A stretch of 17,677 bases of DNA from a virus, in UHGV virus genome UHGV-0132791; one strand, given 5' to 3'. Shown here one piece after another: positions 1 to 7,443 of this stretch. The stretch's first letter is position 1. Each line of letters begins with the position of its first letter. The notes under the pieces were generated by a model. The model saw nothing but the letters and a program-made list of their open reading frames with translations. It was not told where the DNA came from and made no database searches. Position numbers and translations under genes: made by a program.

Positions 1-140
1 CACCACAGAGTGCACAGGCGCGCAGTGACACTGCGCTGGATCGTCTGATGCAGGGTGCACCGGCACCGCTGGCTGCAGGTAACCTGGCATCTGATACCAA
101 TAAAGAATTACTTAATACACCTGAAGCTTTACCGGTATAA
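1..140 (+). CDS. Capsid scaffold/protease (lambda Nu3/C-like), C-terminal fragment, truncated by window start
   Basis: Open frame (first full codon at 3) running to TAA at 138-140, ending 10 nt before the D start codon, as in the lambda Nu3/C-D arrangement. Identity inferred from position; the peptide (…LAAGNLASDTNKELLNTPEALPV*) was not independently verified. Confidence 0.55.
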   Translation, partial: PQSAQARSDTALDRLMQGAPAPLAAGNLASDTNKELLNTPEALPV

Positions 141-149
141 GAGGCAGTT

Positions 150-482
150 ATGGCGACAAAAGAAGAGTTTAACCATTACCAGCCGCTGGGTAACAGTGAT
201 CCGGCTCATACAGCAATTGCGCCTGGCGGATTGAGTGCGAAAACGCCTGCAATGACCCCGCTGATGCTGGATGGCACTACCCGTAAGCTGGTTGTGTGGG
301 ATGGCACCACCGACGGTGCAGCCGTTGGCATTCTGGCGGTTGCTGCTGACCAGACCAGCACCACACTGACGTTCTACAAGTCCGGCTCGTTCCGTTATGA
401 GGATGTGCTCTGGCCGGAGGCTGCCAGCGACGAGACTAAAAAACGGACCGCGTTTGCCGGAACGGCAATCAGCATCGTTTAA
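150..482 (+). CDS. D: Head decoration protein gpD (lambda D)
   Basis: 110-aa ORF; translation is near-identical to lambda gpD as I recall it ([30 protein letters not shown]…[35 protein letters not shown]). Confidence 0.95.
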   Translation: MATKEEFNHYQPLGNSDPAHTAIAPGGLSAKTPAMTPLMLDGTTRKLVVWDGTTDGAAVGILAVAADQTSTTLTFYKSGSFRYEDVLWPEAASDETKKRTAFAGTAISIV

Positions 483-502
483 TCTTCCCCTTCATCAACA
501 AA

Positions 503-524
503 GGCCGCCTGTGCGGCTTTTTTT
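503..524 (+). terminator. GC-stem hairpin plus T7 run between D and E (terminator/attenuator-like)
   Basis: GCCGC(504-508) / loop CTGT / GCGGC(513-517) followed by TTTTTTT (518-524). Lies inside the late operon, so probably read through under antitermination. Confidence 0.45.
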
Positions 525-537
525 ATGGAAATAATTT

Positions 538-813
538 ATGTCTGTATATACAACCGCAGAATTACTGGCATCGACCCAGCATCACTTTAAGTTCGATCCG
601 CTGTTTCTGCGCCTGTTTTTCCGTGAAACCTATCCTTTCACCACGGAGAAAGTCTATCTCTCACAAATTCCGGGACTGGTAAACATGGCGCTGTACGTTT
701 CGCCGATTGTTTCCGGTGAGGTTATCCGATCCCGTGGCGGCTCCACCTCTGAATTTACGCCGGGTTATGTCAAACCCAAGCACTTAGCATGGCTTTCTGA
801 GGCTTTCGTGTAG
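538..813 (+). pseudogene. E: Major capsid protein gpE, 5' fragment (codons 1-82), interrupted by insertion; ends in 9 element-encoded codons and a stop
   Basis: Translation MSVYTTAELLA…FKFDPLFLRLFFRE.YPFTTEKVYLSQIPGLVNMALYVSPIVSGEVIRSRGGSTSEFTPGYVKPKH matches the lambda gpE N-terminus; similarity stops after codon CAC (781-783), followed by LAWLSEAFV* (TAG 811-813). Confidence 0.9.
773..782 (+). repeat. Left copy of 10-bp att core / target duplication (AACCCAAGCA)
   Basis: Exact 10-bp identity with 11397-11406, located exactly at the E breakpoint. Confidence 0.75.
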
Positions 814-892
814 TTGCTGGTTTTTACACTTAATCTTTTGATAATAAAGAATAAGTTTATCTGGTGCTTTCACTGAATTTTCCTCGTTATCT

Positions 893-930
893 GTGTGTTG
901 CAATCATCTCTGTATTGCAGCTTGTATTGC
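893..930 (+). repeat. Cluster of TGT(A/G)TTGCA direct repeats (candidate integrase arm-type sites), left end
   Basis: TGTGTTGCAA (895-904) and TGTATTGCAGCTTGTATTGC (911-930); a near-identical 20-mer (one mismatch) recurs at 11300-11319 near the right end. Confidence 0.5.
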
Positions 931-945
931 TTTTTGGGGCTAAAA

Positions 946-2181
946 ATGGCTGGCGAGAACAAACTGAGCGACAAAGCGCTTAAAGGATATCTGGGGAAAC
1001 CCAGAGAAAAGCAGATCACCATTGCTGATGGAAAGGGGCTTTCTATTCGTGTGAGTACTAAAGGGGCTGTGAGCTTTGTTTTCTTCTACAGGTTAGCAGG
1101 TGGCCGGGCTGCTCCGGTCTGGCTAACGTTGGGTAAATATCCTGATATGTCACTCAAACAGGCAAGGGAAAAGCGCGACGAGTGCCGTGGTTGGTTGGCT
1201 GACAAACGTGATCCGCGTATCCAGATTAAGATTCAGGCTGAAGAACGCTTAAAGCCGGTCACAGTGGAGGATGCACTAAATTACTGGTATGAAAATTACT
1301 GTAAGGTGCGTCGTAAAACTCATGCTGTAACGCTTGGCAGATTTCGAAAGCATATCTTTCCCTATATCGGTCATTTGCCCGTAAATGACACTCACCTATA
1401 TGAATGGCTGGACTGTTTTGACCGAATTAAACGTAATGCACCAGTTATGGCGGCGTATGTTTTTTCTGACACTAAATTAGCTCTTCGTTTTTGTCGGGTA
1501 CGCCAGTACGCGACGTGTGATGCTTTAAAGGATTTGCGCATGAGTGATGTGGGGCAGATTGCAGGTAAGCGGGATCGGGTTCTGGATGAAGCCGAACTCG
1601 GCCAGCTCTGGAAGGCAATTTTTGTCGAGCCTGATTTAAAACTAATGTCTGAATACACGCGAAAAATGTTTGTGCTTTGTACAGTATTTGGATGTCGAAT
1701 GAGTGAAGCCCGATTATCAGAATGGAGCGAATGGGATCTCGAAAGTTGGGTTTGGACTGTACCAAAAGATCACTCAAAAACTGGTGTTGAAATCGTCAGA
1801 CCAGTACCTGAAATTCTACGACAGTGGGTAACGGATGTTCACGAAGAGACAAAACATACTGGTTATGTGCTGGGAAGTCTGCGAATTAGAGAAAGCGTAA
1901 GCAAGATTGGGGGGAAAATCGGTAAACGTTTGGGCCATGAAAAACAATGGTCACTACACGACCTTAGAAGAACGCTATCTACTCATCTAAGTGATCTCGG
2001 TGTTGAATTTTATGTAGTAGAACAACTGTTAGGCCATGCGCTACCTGGCGTGGCAGGTGTTTACAACCGGAGTAAGTTTATGGCTAAAAAACTGGATGCT
2101 CTGGAACTCTGGACTACATATCTCAATAGCATCGCAGGTGCTGATTCAAAAGTGACAATCCTCAAACAAAAGGTTGGTTAA
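946..2181 (+). CDS. int: Tyrosine site-specific integrase, P4-like family
   Basis: ATG at 946 preceded by GGGG; N-terminal arm-binding-type region (…LSDKALKGY…DGKGLSIRVSTKGAVSFVFFYR…WLTLGKYPDMSLKQAR) and C-terminal catalytic motifs (LHDLRRT…LLGHA…GVYNRS). The ORF track starts at a GTG at 895; the ATG at 946 is preferred. Confidence 0.9.
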   Translation: MAGENKLSDKALKGYLGKPREKQITIADGKGLSIRVSTKGAVSFVFFYRLAGGRAAPVWLTLGKYPDMSLKQAREKRDECRGWLADKRDPRIQIKIQAEERLKPVTVEDALNYWYENYCKVRRKTHAVTLGRFRKHIFPYIGHLPVNDTHLYEWLDCFDRIKRNAPVMAAYVFSDTKLALRFCRVRQYATCDALKDLRMSDVGQIAGKRDRVLDEAELGQLWKAIFVEPDLKLMSEYTRKMFVLCTVFGCRMSEARLSEWSEWDLESWVWTVPKDHSKTGVEIVRPVPEILRQWVTDVHEETKHTGYVLGSLRIRESVSKIGGKIGKRLGHEKQWSLHDLRRTLSTHLSDLGVEFYVVEQLLGHALPGVAGVYNRSKFMAKKLDALELWTTYLNSIAGADSKVTILKQKVG

Positions 2182-2410
2182 CATGAAAAAAATGGCAATT
2201 GTTGATAAAAAGGGTCTGGAGTACATTCCTAACATTGACCGAATGATCCGTGAGAAAGAATGTCGGGAGCTAACCACTCTTGCGAACAGCACACGCTGGA
2301 AGCTGGAGAAGGAAGGAAAATTTCCTAAGCGGATCAAGATTGGTTCCACTGCTGTTGCATATCGTCTTTCAGAAGTGCAGGCATGGATTCGAGGTGAGTG
2401 GGTAGTTTAA
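2174..2410 (+). CDS. alpA: AlpA-family HTH protein (putative excisionase / transcriptional activator)
   Basis: Small ORF overlapping the int stop; …LTTLANSTRWKLEKEGKFPKRIKIGSTAVAYRLSEVQAWI is typical of the AlpA/Xis HTH family. ORF-track start is a TTG at 2174; the first ATG is at 2183. Confidence 0.7.
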   Translation: MVNMKKMAIVDKKGLEYIPNIDRMIREKECRELTTLANSTRWKLEKEGKFPKRIKIGSTAVAYRLSEVQAWIRGEWVV

Positions 2411-2435
2411 ATTATCTCAGAATAAAATATTATGA

Positions 2436-2471
2436 ATTACTGATTTGAGAATTTGTACTCAAATCAGTAAT
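2436..2471. terminator. 14-bp perfect inverted repeat between convergent genes (possible bidirectional terminator)
   Basis: ATTACTGATTTGAG (2436-2449) / loop 8 nt / CTCAAATCAGTAAT (2458-2471), between the alpA stop (2410) and the stop of the minus-strand gene (2480). AT-rich stem with no clean T-run, so weak. Confidence 0.35.
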
Positions 2472-2479
2472 AACATTCT

Positions 2480-3016
2480 TTATAAGAGATTAAATCCAAA
2501 TAAAGAGTAATCATATACCGGGGTGCATTGCATCCCACTGAATATGCTGATGTTTTTTTCTGTTTCTATCCTTTTTTCAATAAGTTGTTGTATATTTTTA
2601 CAGTACAATTTGTGTGTGATGTTATTATCGTAAGCCTGATATAGCAACGTCAATGTTGATGCTATGAAACATGCAGAAAGAAAATGAACTAGTACATGTG
2701 AGCGTTTTTTGGTTGTCCATGATGCATTCGCTTGTGAAATATAAATCATTCTGAGAATGATAATGATGATAGACAGTAACAGACCACTCAATAAAATAAG
2801 TATTGGGTTTGCGTATTTAATTAATGGTTGAGAGCAAAAAACTATTATAGCTCCTGTGACTGCGTATGAGAAAAAGGAGTAATTAAACTTCTTACTCCTT
2901 CTCTCAAGTATTTTAATTTCATCTTGTGTGGGGGGTTTAGATGCCTCCAATATAAGTTTATTAAATGTTTCTGTTATCTTGTTTTTTGTGTTTTTGGCTA
3001 TTTTTTTTAGATTCAT
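2480..3016 (-). CDS. Small membrane protein (two predicted hydrophobic helices), function unknown; AT-rich cargo gene
   Basis: 178-aa ORF with hydrophobic stretches (…AVTGAIIVFCSQPLIKYANPILILLSGLLLSIIIIILRMIYI… and …HVLVHFLSACFIASTLTLLYQAY…); visibly lower GC than its neighbours; GGAG-like SD upstream of the ATG (rc of 3014-3016). Confidence 0.6.
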   Translation of the reverse strand: MNLKKIAKNTKNKITETFNKLILEASKPPTQDEIKILERRSKKFNYSFFSYAVTGAIIVFCSQPLIKYANPILILLSGLLLSIIIIILRMIYISQANASWTTKKRSHVLVHFLSACFIASTLTLLYQAYDNNITHKLYCKNIQQLIEKRIETEKNISIFSGMQCTPVYDYSLFGFNLL

Positions 3017-3366
3017 AGCATTCTAACTCCCTTAACTTATTTATTACTTTCTCTTTATGATAAGAGAGGGGAATGACTTGGTAAAGTGATTTGTCATTAA
3101 TAATGATAATCCTTGCGATAAATATTTCTGCAAGTTATTTACCTGTTTGTTGCTATCTTGTTAAGCGTTGGGTGTGGTTTATGTTTGGAGCGACTTTATT
3201 TAATCGTGATTTTATGGATTTATATTTATATCCTGTAAGATAAGCGCATGTTAGTTCAGGAGTAGTGTCAGATAAAATTATTCGGAGTAGAACTACCTTT
3301 TCTGTTTATTGCCAGTATTTACATAGCAATGCGCCGTAGTTACTCACATCACGGCGCTGATACTAA

Positions 3367-3669
3367 TTATTCAGATTCTTTGGCTTTACGCCGCTGGAGT
3401 TCTTCACGAGCGACGGCTACGAGTTGCCCGATTTCCTCCGCTGCCTTGATGCCGATTTGTTCGACCTTAGCTAAGGCATCCAGTGAAGACACGAGGGGAT
3501 TTTCTCCGCTTCCTTCTGCCTGGCGGCGGGCGATCTCACCGCGCATGGCGGTTACTATGAATCCGGCGTTGCTTTCGCCGTCCAGTTTTACGGATTCCAT
3601 GCCCTCCATAACATCGTGGGGAACCCTGATCGTTGTCATTTGCGATTTTGCATTTTTGTATACAGACAT
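3367..3669 (-). CDS. Putative ribbon-helix-helix (Arc/CopG-like) transcriptional regulator; candidate element repressor
   Basis: 100-aa ORF; the N-terminus has an RHH-like pattern (β-strand TTIRVPHDV, helix, G-E-S-N turn, helix AGFIVTAMRGEIARR); transcribed divergently from the main element operon across a repeat-bearing intergenic region. Confidence 0.55.
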   Translation of the reverse strand: MSVYKNAKSQMTTIRVPHDVMEGMESVKLDGESNAGFIVTAMRGEIARRQAEGSGENPLVSSLDALAKVEQIGIKAAEEIGQLVAVAREELQRRKAKESE

Positions 3670-3877
3670 AGTTAATCACCAATTTGTTATGTGTATATCA
3701 CTATACACAAAAGTGAGATATAAAAACACTTGCAATGTATATCACCACAATATAATGTATATCTCATATTATGGTCGCTATGTATCTCACAATGATCGAT
3801 TCATAAAAACGACGAAACCCGGCAGTGCGCGAACACTAACCGGGCTTCTAACCAAACCGTTAAACGAGGTAACGATT
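3670..3877. promoter_or_regulatory. Divergent promoter/operator region with four ATGTATATC(A/T)C-type direct repeats
   Basis: TGTATATCAC at 3692-3701 and 3736-3745, TGTATATCTC at 3756-3765, TGTATCTCAC at 3781-3790; AT-rich; lies between the RHH gene start (3669) and the first gene of the plus-strand operon (3878). Confidence 0.5.
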
Positions 3878-4243
3878 ATGGCTGGAACACAGCATACCCA
3901 AACTCACCCTAAATTTATATACACCTTTCTGGCACTACACCACGACCGCATGGCAGATGGAGCAACTACGGTACATGTTGCCGCTGACACGCTGGTTGAT
4001 GCCCGCAAGATGGTTAAGGAGATGGGCTATACTGCGGCTTTCTGGAAAGGGCGTGAAGAAAACACGCTGTTTATTCAGAAATGCGAAAACAATTTCATCT
4101 GGCGTTTTATCGCCCTGAGCACCGCACAACCACGCGTAATACACATCGAGGCCGCCAGCGAACAGGAAGCCCGCCAACAATCCCCAACTGGCTGCGTGAT
4201 GATATTCGCCGCCCGTATTCGTCAGGAGGTATGCCGTGCTTAA
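3878..4243 (+). CDS. Hypothetical protein (first gene of element early operon)
   Basis: ATG at 3878 with GAGG 9-12 nt upstream. The ORF-track ORF 3329..4243 extends upstream antisense to the RHH gene; that extension is judged spurious. Confidence 0.55.
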   Translation: MAGTQHTQTHPKFIYTFLALHHDRMADGATTVHVAADTLVDARKMVKEMGYTAAFWKGREENTLFIQKCENNFIWRFIALSTAQPRVIHIEAASEQEARQQSPTGCVMIFAARIRQEVCRA

Positions 4244-4421
4244 AACCTTCCGTGTATTTGCTCGTGCGGTTAACCCACTAGGCCACACAATTGGTATCGC
4301 TCAGAACGTGAAGGCTGTTAATGTTCAGACGGCTATTGCTGCGGTGAGAAGCGAATCATCAGAATATGGCTTATCACAAGTCATTATTTCAGCAGTGTAT
4401 GAATTAAAAGAGGTGCATTAA
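4236..4421 (+). CDS. Hypothetical small protein
   Basis: GTG start at 4236 preceded by a strong AGGAGG (4224-4229); overlaps the upstream stop; 61 aa. Confidence 0.45.
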   Translation: MLKTFRVFARAVNPLGHTIGIAQNVKAVNVQTAIAAVRSESSEYGLSQVIISAVYELKEVH

Positions 4422-4612
4422 TGCAGGAAATTACATTACACGAAGCCGCTGAACGTGCGCACCAGACAGAAATTATTTGCCGCCTTCTTGAGGTATACCC
4501 GAACAAAATTACAGATGCTGATATATCCGCACTGGCGAGCCTACTGGCGCGTCTTTCGGGAAGTGTCGCTAGTTTTTTGATTGAGGAAGAAAGTAAGCTG
4601 GTGGGGGATTAA
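4421..4612 (+). CDS. Hypothetical small protein
   Basis: ATG overlapping the upstream stop (TAATG at 4419-4423), AGAGG SD; 63 aa. Confidence 0.5.
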   Translation: MQEITLHEAAERAHQTEIICRLLEVYPNKITDADISALASLLARLSGSVASFLIEEESKLVGD

Positions 4613-4834
4613 ATGAATACAGAACGGGAAGTCTTTTTTAAATTGTTAGCATGTGCAGAAAGTTCATTAACTTTAAATAATTCAGCAAAAGCAATATTAA
4701 ATATGTGGCTTGATTGCATAAATGACAATGAAGATGCAAATATTGCTTATGGCCTGTTGTCACTTATTGATGAAGCAGCAGAAAAACTCAATGACGCAAT
4801 AAATAGTGCCCTGCTATCAAATAAGTCGAGTTAA
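4613..4834 (+). CDS. Hypothetical small protein (AT-rich)
   Basis: ATG immediately after the preceding stop; 73 aa; lower GC than flanking genes. Confidence 0.45.
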   Translation: MNTEREVFFKLLACAESSLTLNNSAKAILNMWLDCINDNEDANIAYGLLSLIDEAAEKLNDAINSALLSNKSS

Positions 4835-4851
4835 GTCGAGGAATAAATAAT

Positions 4852-5151
4852 ATGGAAATGAAAAATTCTGGCTTTATTGCCAGCGGCCCCGCTCGGCCTG
4901 AATTTATGAACGGCGATATTTACCGCGATAAATACGGCGGCACGGTAACGATTAAAGGCGTGGCAGAACGGCGCATTACTTACCGCCGTGAGGGGTATAG
5001 CTATGACTGCGTGATGCCTGTTTATCAGTTCCGGCGTGATTTTTCCCTGGTATATGCCGCACCCCGCAGTAAGCCCATCAGCAGGGAAAAAGCGCGGGGA
5101 AACATCCAGAAAATGAAAAGCATGATTAACGCATTCAGGGGCAAAAAATGA
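4852..5151 (+). CDS. Hypothetical protein
   Basis: 99-aa ORF with GAGG SD; its stop overlaps the pri-rep start (ATGA at 5148-5151). Confidence 0.5.
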   Translation: MEMKNSGFIASGPARPEFMNGDIYRDKYGGTVTIKGVAERRITYRREGYSYDCVMPVYQFRRDFSLVYAAPRSKPISREKARGNIQKMKSMINAFRGKK

Positions 5152-6899
5152 AACTGGCACCGAACTTAAAAAAACAGCCACGCGACAGACTGACAGAGGT
5201 AATCATCTTTGCAGGTAGTGATGCGTGGAGCCATGCGAAAGAGTGGCAGGAATGGGCGGGTAAACATATTGCCGCCGACGATGTGCCGCCTGTCGTGCTG
5301 GCTGATGAGCAACTGAAAAATATCACCGATTACCGGATCATTGATGAAGATCGTCAGTGTGTGCGTGTTTACCGCGCAGGACATATCACAGAGCACAGCA
5401 TGACGCAGATTGTTACGTTATTGGCTGTGGCTGGAGTGAAGACCGTACACGAATACGCGGGGATTACTGACACCAGCCCCGTGGATTTATCCGACCAGTT
5501 GCCGCGACTCAAAGAGGAATGCGAGCGTGGGGAAAGTCTGGTGCTTAATCTTCCGACGAAGCAAAAGGCGCAACTTTCACAGATGGCAGACAGTGAACGT
5601 GCACAACTACTTGCCGATCGCTTTGATGGTGTGTGTGTTCATGCAGAAAGTGAAATCGTCCACGTATGGCGCGGCGGGGTATGGTGTCCGGTCAGCACAA
5701 TGGAGCTGAGCCGCGAAATGGTGGCGATCTATTCAGAGCACAGGGCCACATTCAGCAAGCGTGCAATTAATAACGCCGTGGAGGCGTTAAAAGTTATTGC
5801 CGACCCCATGGGGGAGCCGTCCGGTGATTTGCTACCGTTCGCCAATGGTGTGCTTGACCTGAAAACGGGGGAATTTTCCCCGCACTCGCCGGAGAACTGG
5901 ATCACCACGCACAACGGCATTGAGTACACGCCACCAGCACCAGGGGAGAACATCCGCGACAACGCGCCAAACTTTCATAAATGGCTTGATCACGCAGCCG
6001 GAAAAGACCCGCGCAAGATGATGCGTATATGTGCCGCGCTGTACATGATTATGGCGAACCGGTACGACTGGCAGATGTTTATTGAGGCCACCGGAGAGGG
6101 CGGTAGCGGTAAAAGTACATTCACACACATAGCCAGCCTTCTGGCAGGGAAACAGAACACGGTAAGCGCTGAAATGACATCGCTTGATGATGCTGGTGGA
6201 CGTGCGCAGGTTGTCGGGAGTCGTCTTATCGTCCTGGCTGACCAGCCGAAATATACAGGCGAAGGCACGGGCATCAAGAAAATCACGGGCGGCGACCCCG
6301 TGGAAATAAACCCGAAATATGAAAAGCGTTTTACGGCGGTAATCAGGGCGGTGGTGCTGGCTACCAACAATAACCCGATGATATTCACCGAACGGGCCGG
6401 AGGTGTGTCACGTCGTCGCGTAATTTTCCGCTTCGACAATATCGTTAGCGAGGCAGAAAAGGACAAGGATTTACCGGAGAAGGTCGCGGCTGAAATCCCC
6501 GTGATTATCCGCAGATTGCTGGCAAACTTTGCTGATCCAGAAAAGGCGCGACATTTGTTGATTGAACAGCGCGACGGTGAAGAAGCACTGGCGATAAAGC
6601 AACAGACGGATCCGGTTATTGAGTTTTGCCAGTTTCTGAATTTTCTGGAGGAAGCGCGCGGCCTGATGATGGGTGGCGGTGGCGATTCCGTGAAGTACAC
6701 GACCAGAAACAGCCTTTACCGCGTCTATCTGGCGTTTATGGCATACGCAGGCAGAAGCAAGCCGCTAAACGTGGCTGATTTCAGCAAGGCCATGAAGCCA
6801 GCGGCGAAAGTTTACGGATGTGAATATATAACGCGCAGGGTTAAAGGACTTACGCAAACCAATGTGACAACAACAGAGGATTGCGACGCGTTTTTATAA
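5148..6899 (+). CDS. Replication initiator, primase-helicase type (P4 alpha C-terminal / PICI Pri-Rep-like SF3 ATPase)
   Basis: 583 aa; Walker A GEGGSGKST (6093-6119), Walker B-like LIVLAD; overall pattern of the phage/plasmid primase P4-family C-terminal domain; followed directly by an iteron array. Confidence 0.85.
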   Translation: MKLAPNLKKQPRDRLTEVIIFAGSDAWSHAKEWQEWAGKHIAADDVPPVVLADEQLKNITDYRIIDEDRQCVRVYRAGHITEHSMTQIVTLLAVAGVKTVHEYAGITDTSPVDLSDQLPRLKEECERGESLVLNLPTKQKAQLSQMADSERAQLLADRFDGVCVHAESEIVHVWRGGVWCPVSTMELSREMVAIYSEHRATFSKRAINNAVEALKVIADPMGEPSGDLLPFANGVLDLKTGEFSPHSPENWITTHNGIEYTPPAPGENIRDNAPNFHKWLDHAAGKDPRKMMRICAALYMIMANRYDWQMFIEATGEGGSGKSTFTHIASLLAGKQNTVSAEMTSLDDAGGRAQVVGSRLIVLADQPKYTGEGTGIKKITGGDPVEINPKYEKRFTAVIRAVVLATNNNPMIFTERAGGVSRRRVIFRFDNIVSEAEKDKDLPEKVAAEIPVIIRRLLANFADPEKARHLLIEQRDGEEALAIKQQTDPVIEFCQFLNFLEEARGLMMGGGGDSVKYTTRNSLYRVYLAFMAYAGRSKPLNVADFSKAMKPAAKVYGCEYITRRVKGLTQTNVTTTEDCDAFL

Positions 6900-6904
6900 T
6901 TTTA

Positions 6905-7145
6905 GACAAAAGCCCTCTACCTCCTCTACCTAAAGAAAATAAATATATATTATTCAATATGATAAGAAGGTAGAGGGTCAGGTAGAAGGCAAATAAAAGC
7001 CCTCTACCTCCTCCACCATGATTAAGGTCATTTGTGAGGGGCGGGTAGAGGATGGGTAGAGGGCCCCGAAAGCCCTCTACCCATCTGAAAGCCGCGCCAT
7101 TACTGACCTGAAAGATGATTAGGTAGAGAGGTAGAGGAGGTGCAC
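6905..7145. repeat. Iteron array / putative element replication origin
   Basis: About 11 copies of CCTCTACC / GGTAGAGG in both orientations (e.g. 6913-6930, 6969-6989, 6999-7017, 7043-7063, 7073-7082, 7122-7140), including the inverted pair GGGTAGAGGGC…GCCCTCTACCC (7054-7082), flanking an AT-rich stretch (6931-6968); immediately 3' of the replication gene. Confidence 0.7.
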
Positions 7146-7185
7146 CACATTTCAAAACTTTTTAAACGAGGGGGTAAAAATAAAA

Positions 7186-7443
7186 ATGCACACATCAGGA
7201 AAACTGAACAAACATATAAAGCCACATTACCGCGCCCTTGATATGGCTGAACATTGGCTAAGGGTGGCGATTAAGGCAATAGATCGCAACGCCGGGGAAG
7301 GATACGCGAAAGCACATCCCGAACTGATAAGCGCATTCATGACAACGGCGGCTGCAAACTTTGCCACGCTGACCGAACGGGAGATTGCCGAAGCGGAGGA
7401 AGTGACAACCATCAATATTAAGTCCGGAGAGCAGGCAGCTTGA
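7186..7443 (+). CDS. Hypothetical protein
   Basis: 85-aa ORF, ATG at 7186 preceded by GAGGGGG; stop overlaps the start of the next gene. Confidence 0.5.
   Translation: MHTSGKLNKHIKPHYRALDMAEHWLRVAIKAIDRNAGEGYAKAHPELISAFMTTAAANFATLTEREIAEAEEVTTINIKSGEQAA

Noticed and set aside
538-813. E being a decayed pseudogene (frameshift or nonsense) rather than an integration target
   Set aside because: Both halves of E are intact and collinear with lambda gpE, separated by exactly one insert flanked by 10-bp direct repeats; joining them restores the full frame, which indicates insertion rather than mutational decay.
1392-1777. Minus-strand ORFs 1392..1658 and 1472..1777
   Set aside because: Antisense inside the integrase gene; no independent support.
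3322-3332. 11-bp motif CATAGCAATGC shared between 3322-3332 and 8037-8047 (upstream of the element capsid gene)
   Set aside because: A single 11-mer repeat is expected by chance many times in a 17.7-kb window when both strands are considered; no additional copies or symmetry to support a binding site.
3329-3877. N-terminal 183 codons of the long plus-strand ORF 3329..4243
   Set aside because: This part runs antisense across the well-supported minus-strand RHH gene and through the AT-rich operator region, and the translation is low-complexity S/R/P-rich; the real gene most likely starts at ATG 3878 with its own SD.
5990-6700. 236-aa minus-strand ORF inside the replication gene
   Set aside because: Fully antisense to the pri-rep gene, which has strong motif support (Walker A/B); composition typical of antisense translation of a GC-rich gene.
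6905-7145. Possible CRISPR array
   Set aside because: Repeats are only 8-9 bp, occur in both orientations with irregular spacing and no unique spacers of regular length; there is no leader or cas context. Iterons fit better.
6850-7155. 101-aa minus-strand ORF spanning the iteron array
   Set aside because: An open frame created by the repeated GGTAGAGG units (repetitive RGG/LPL peptides); no start context; the region is better explained as an origin.
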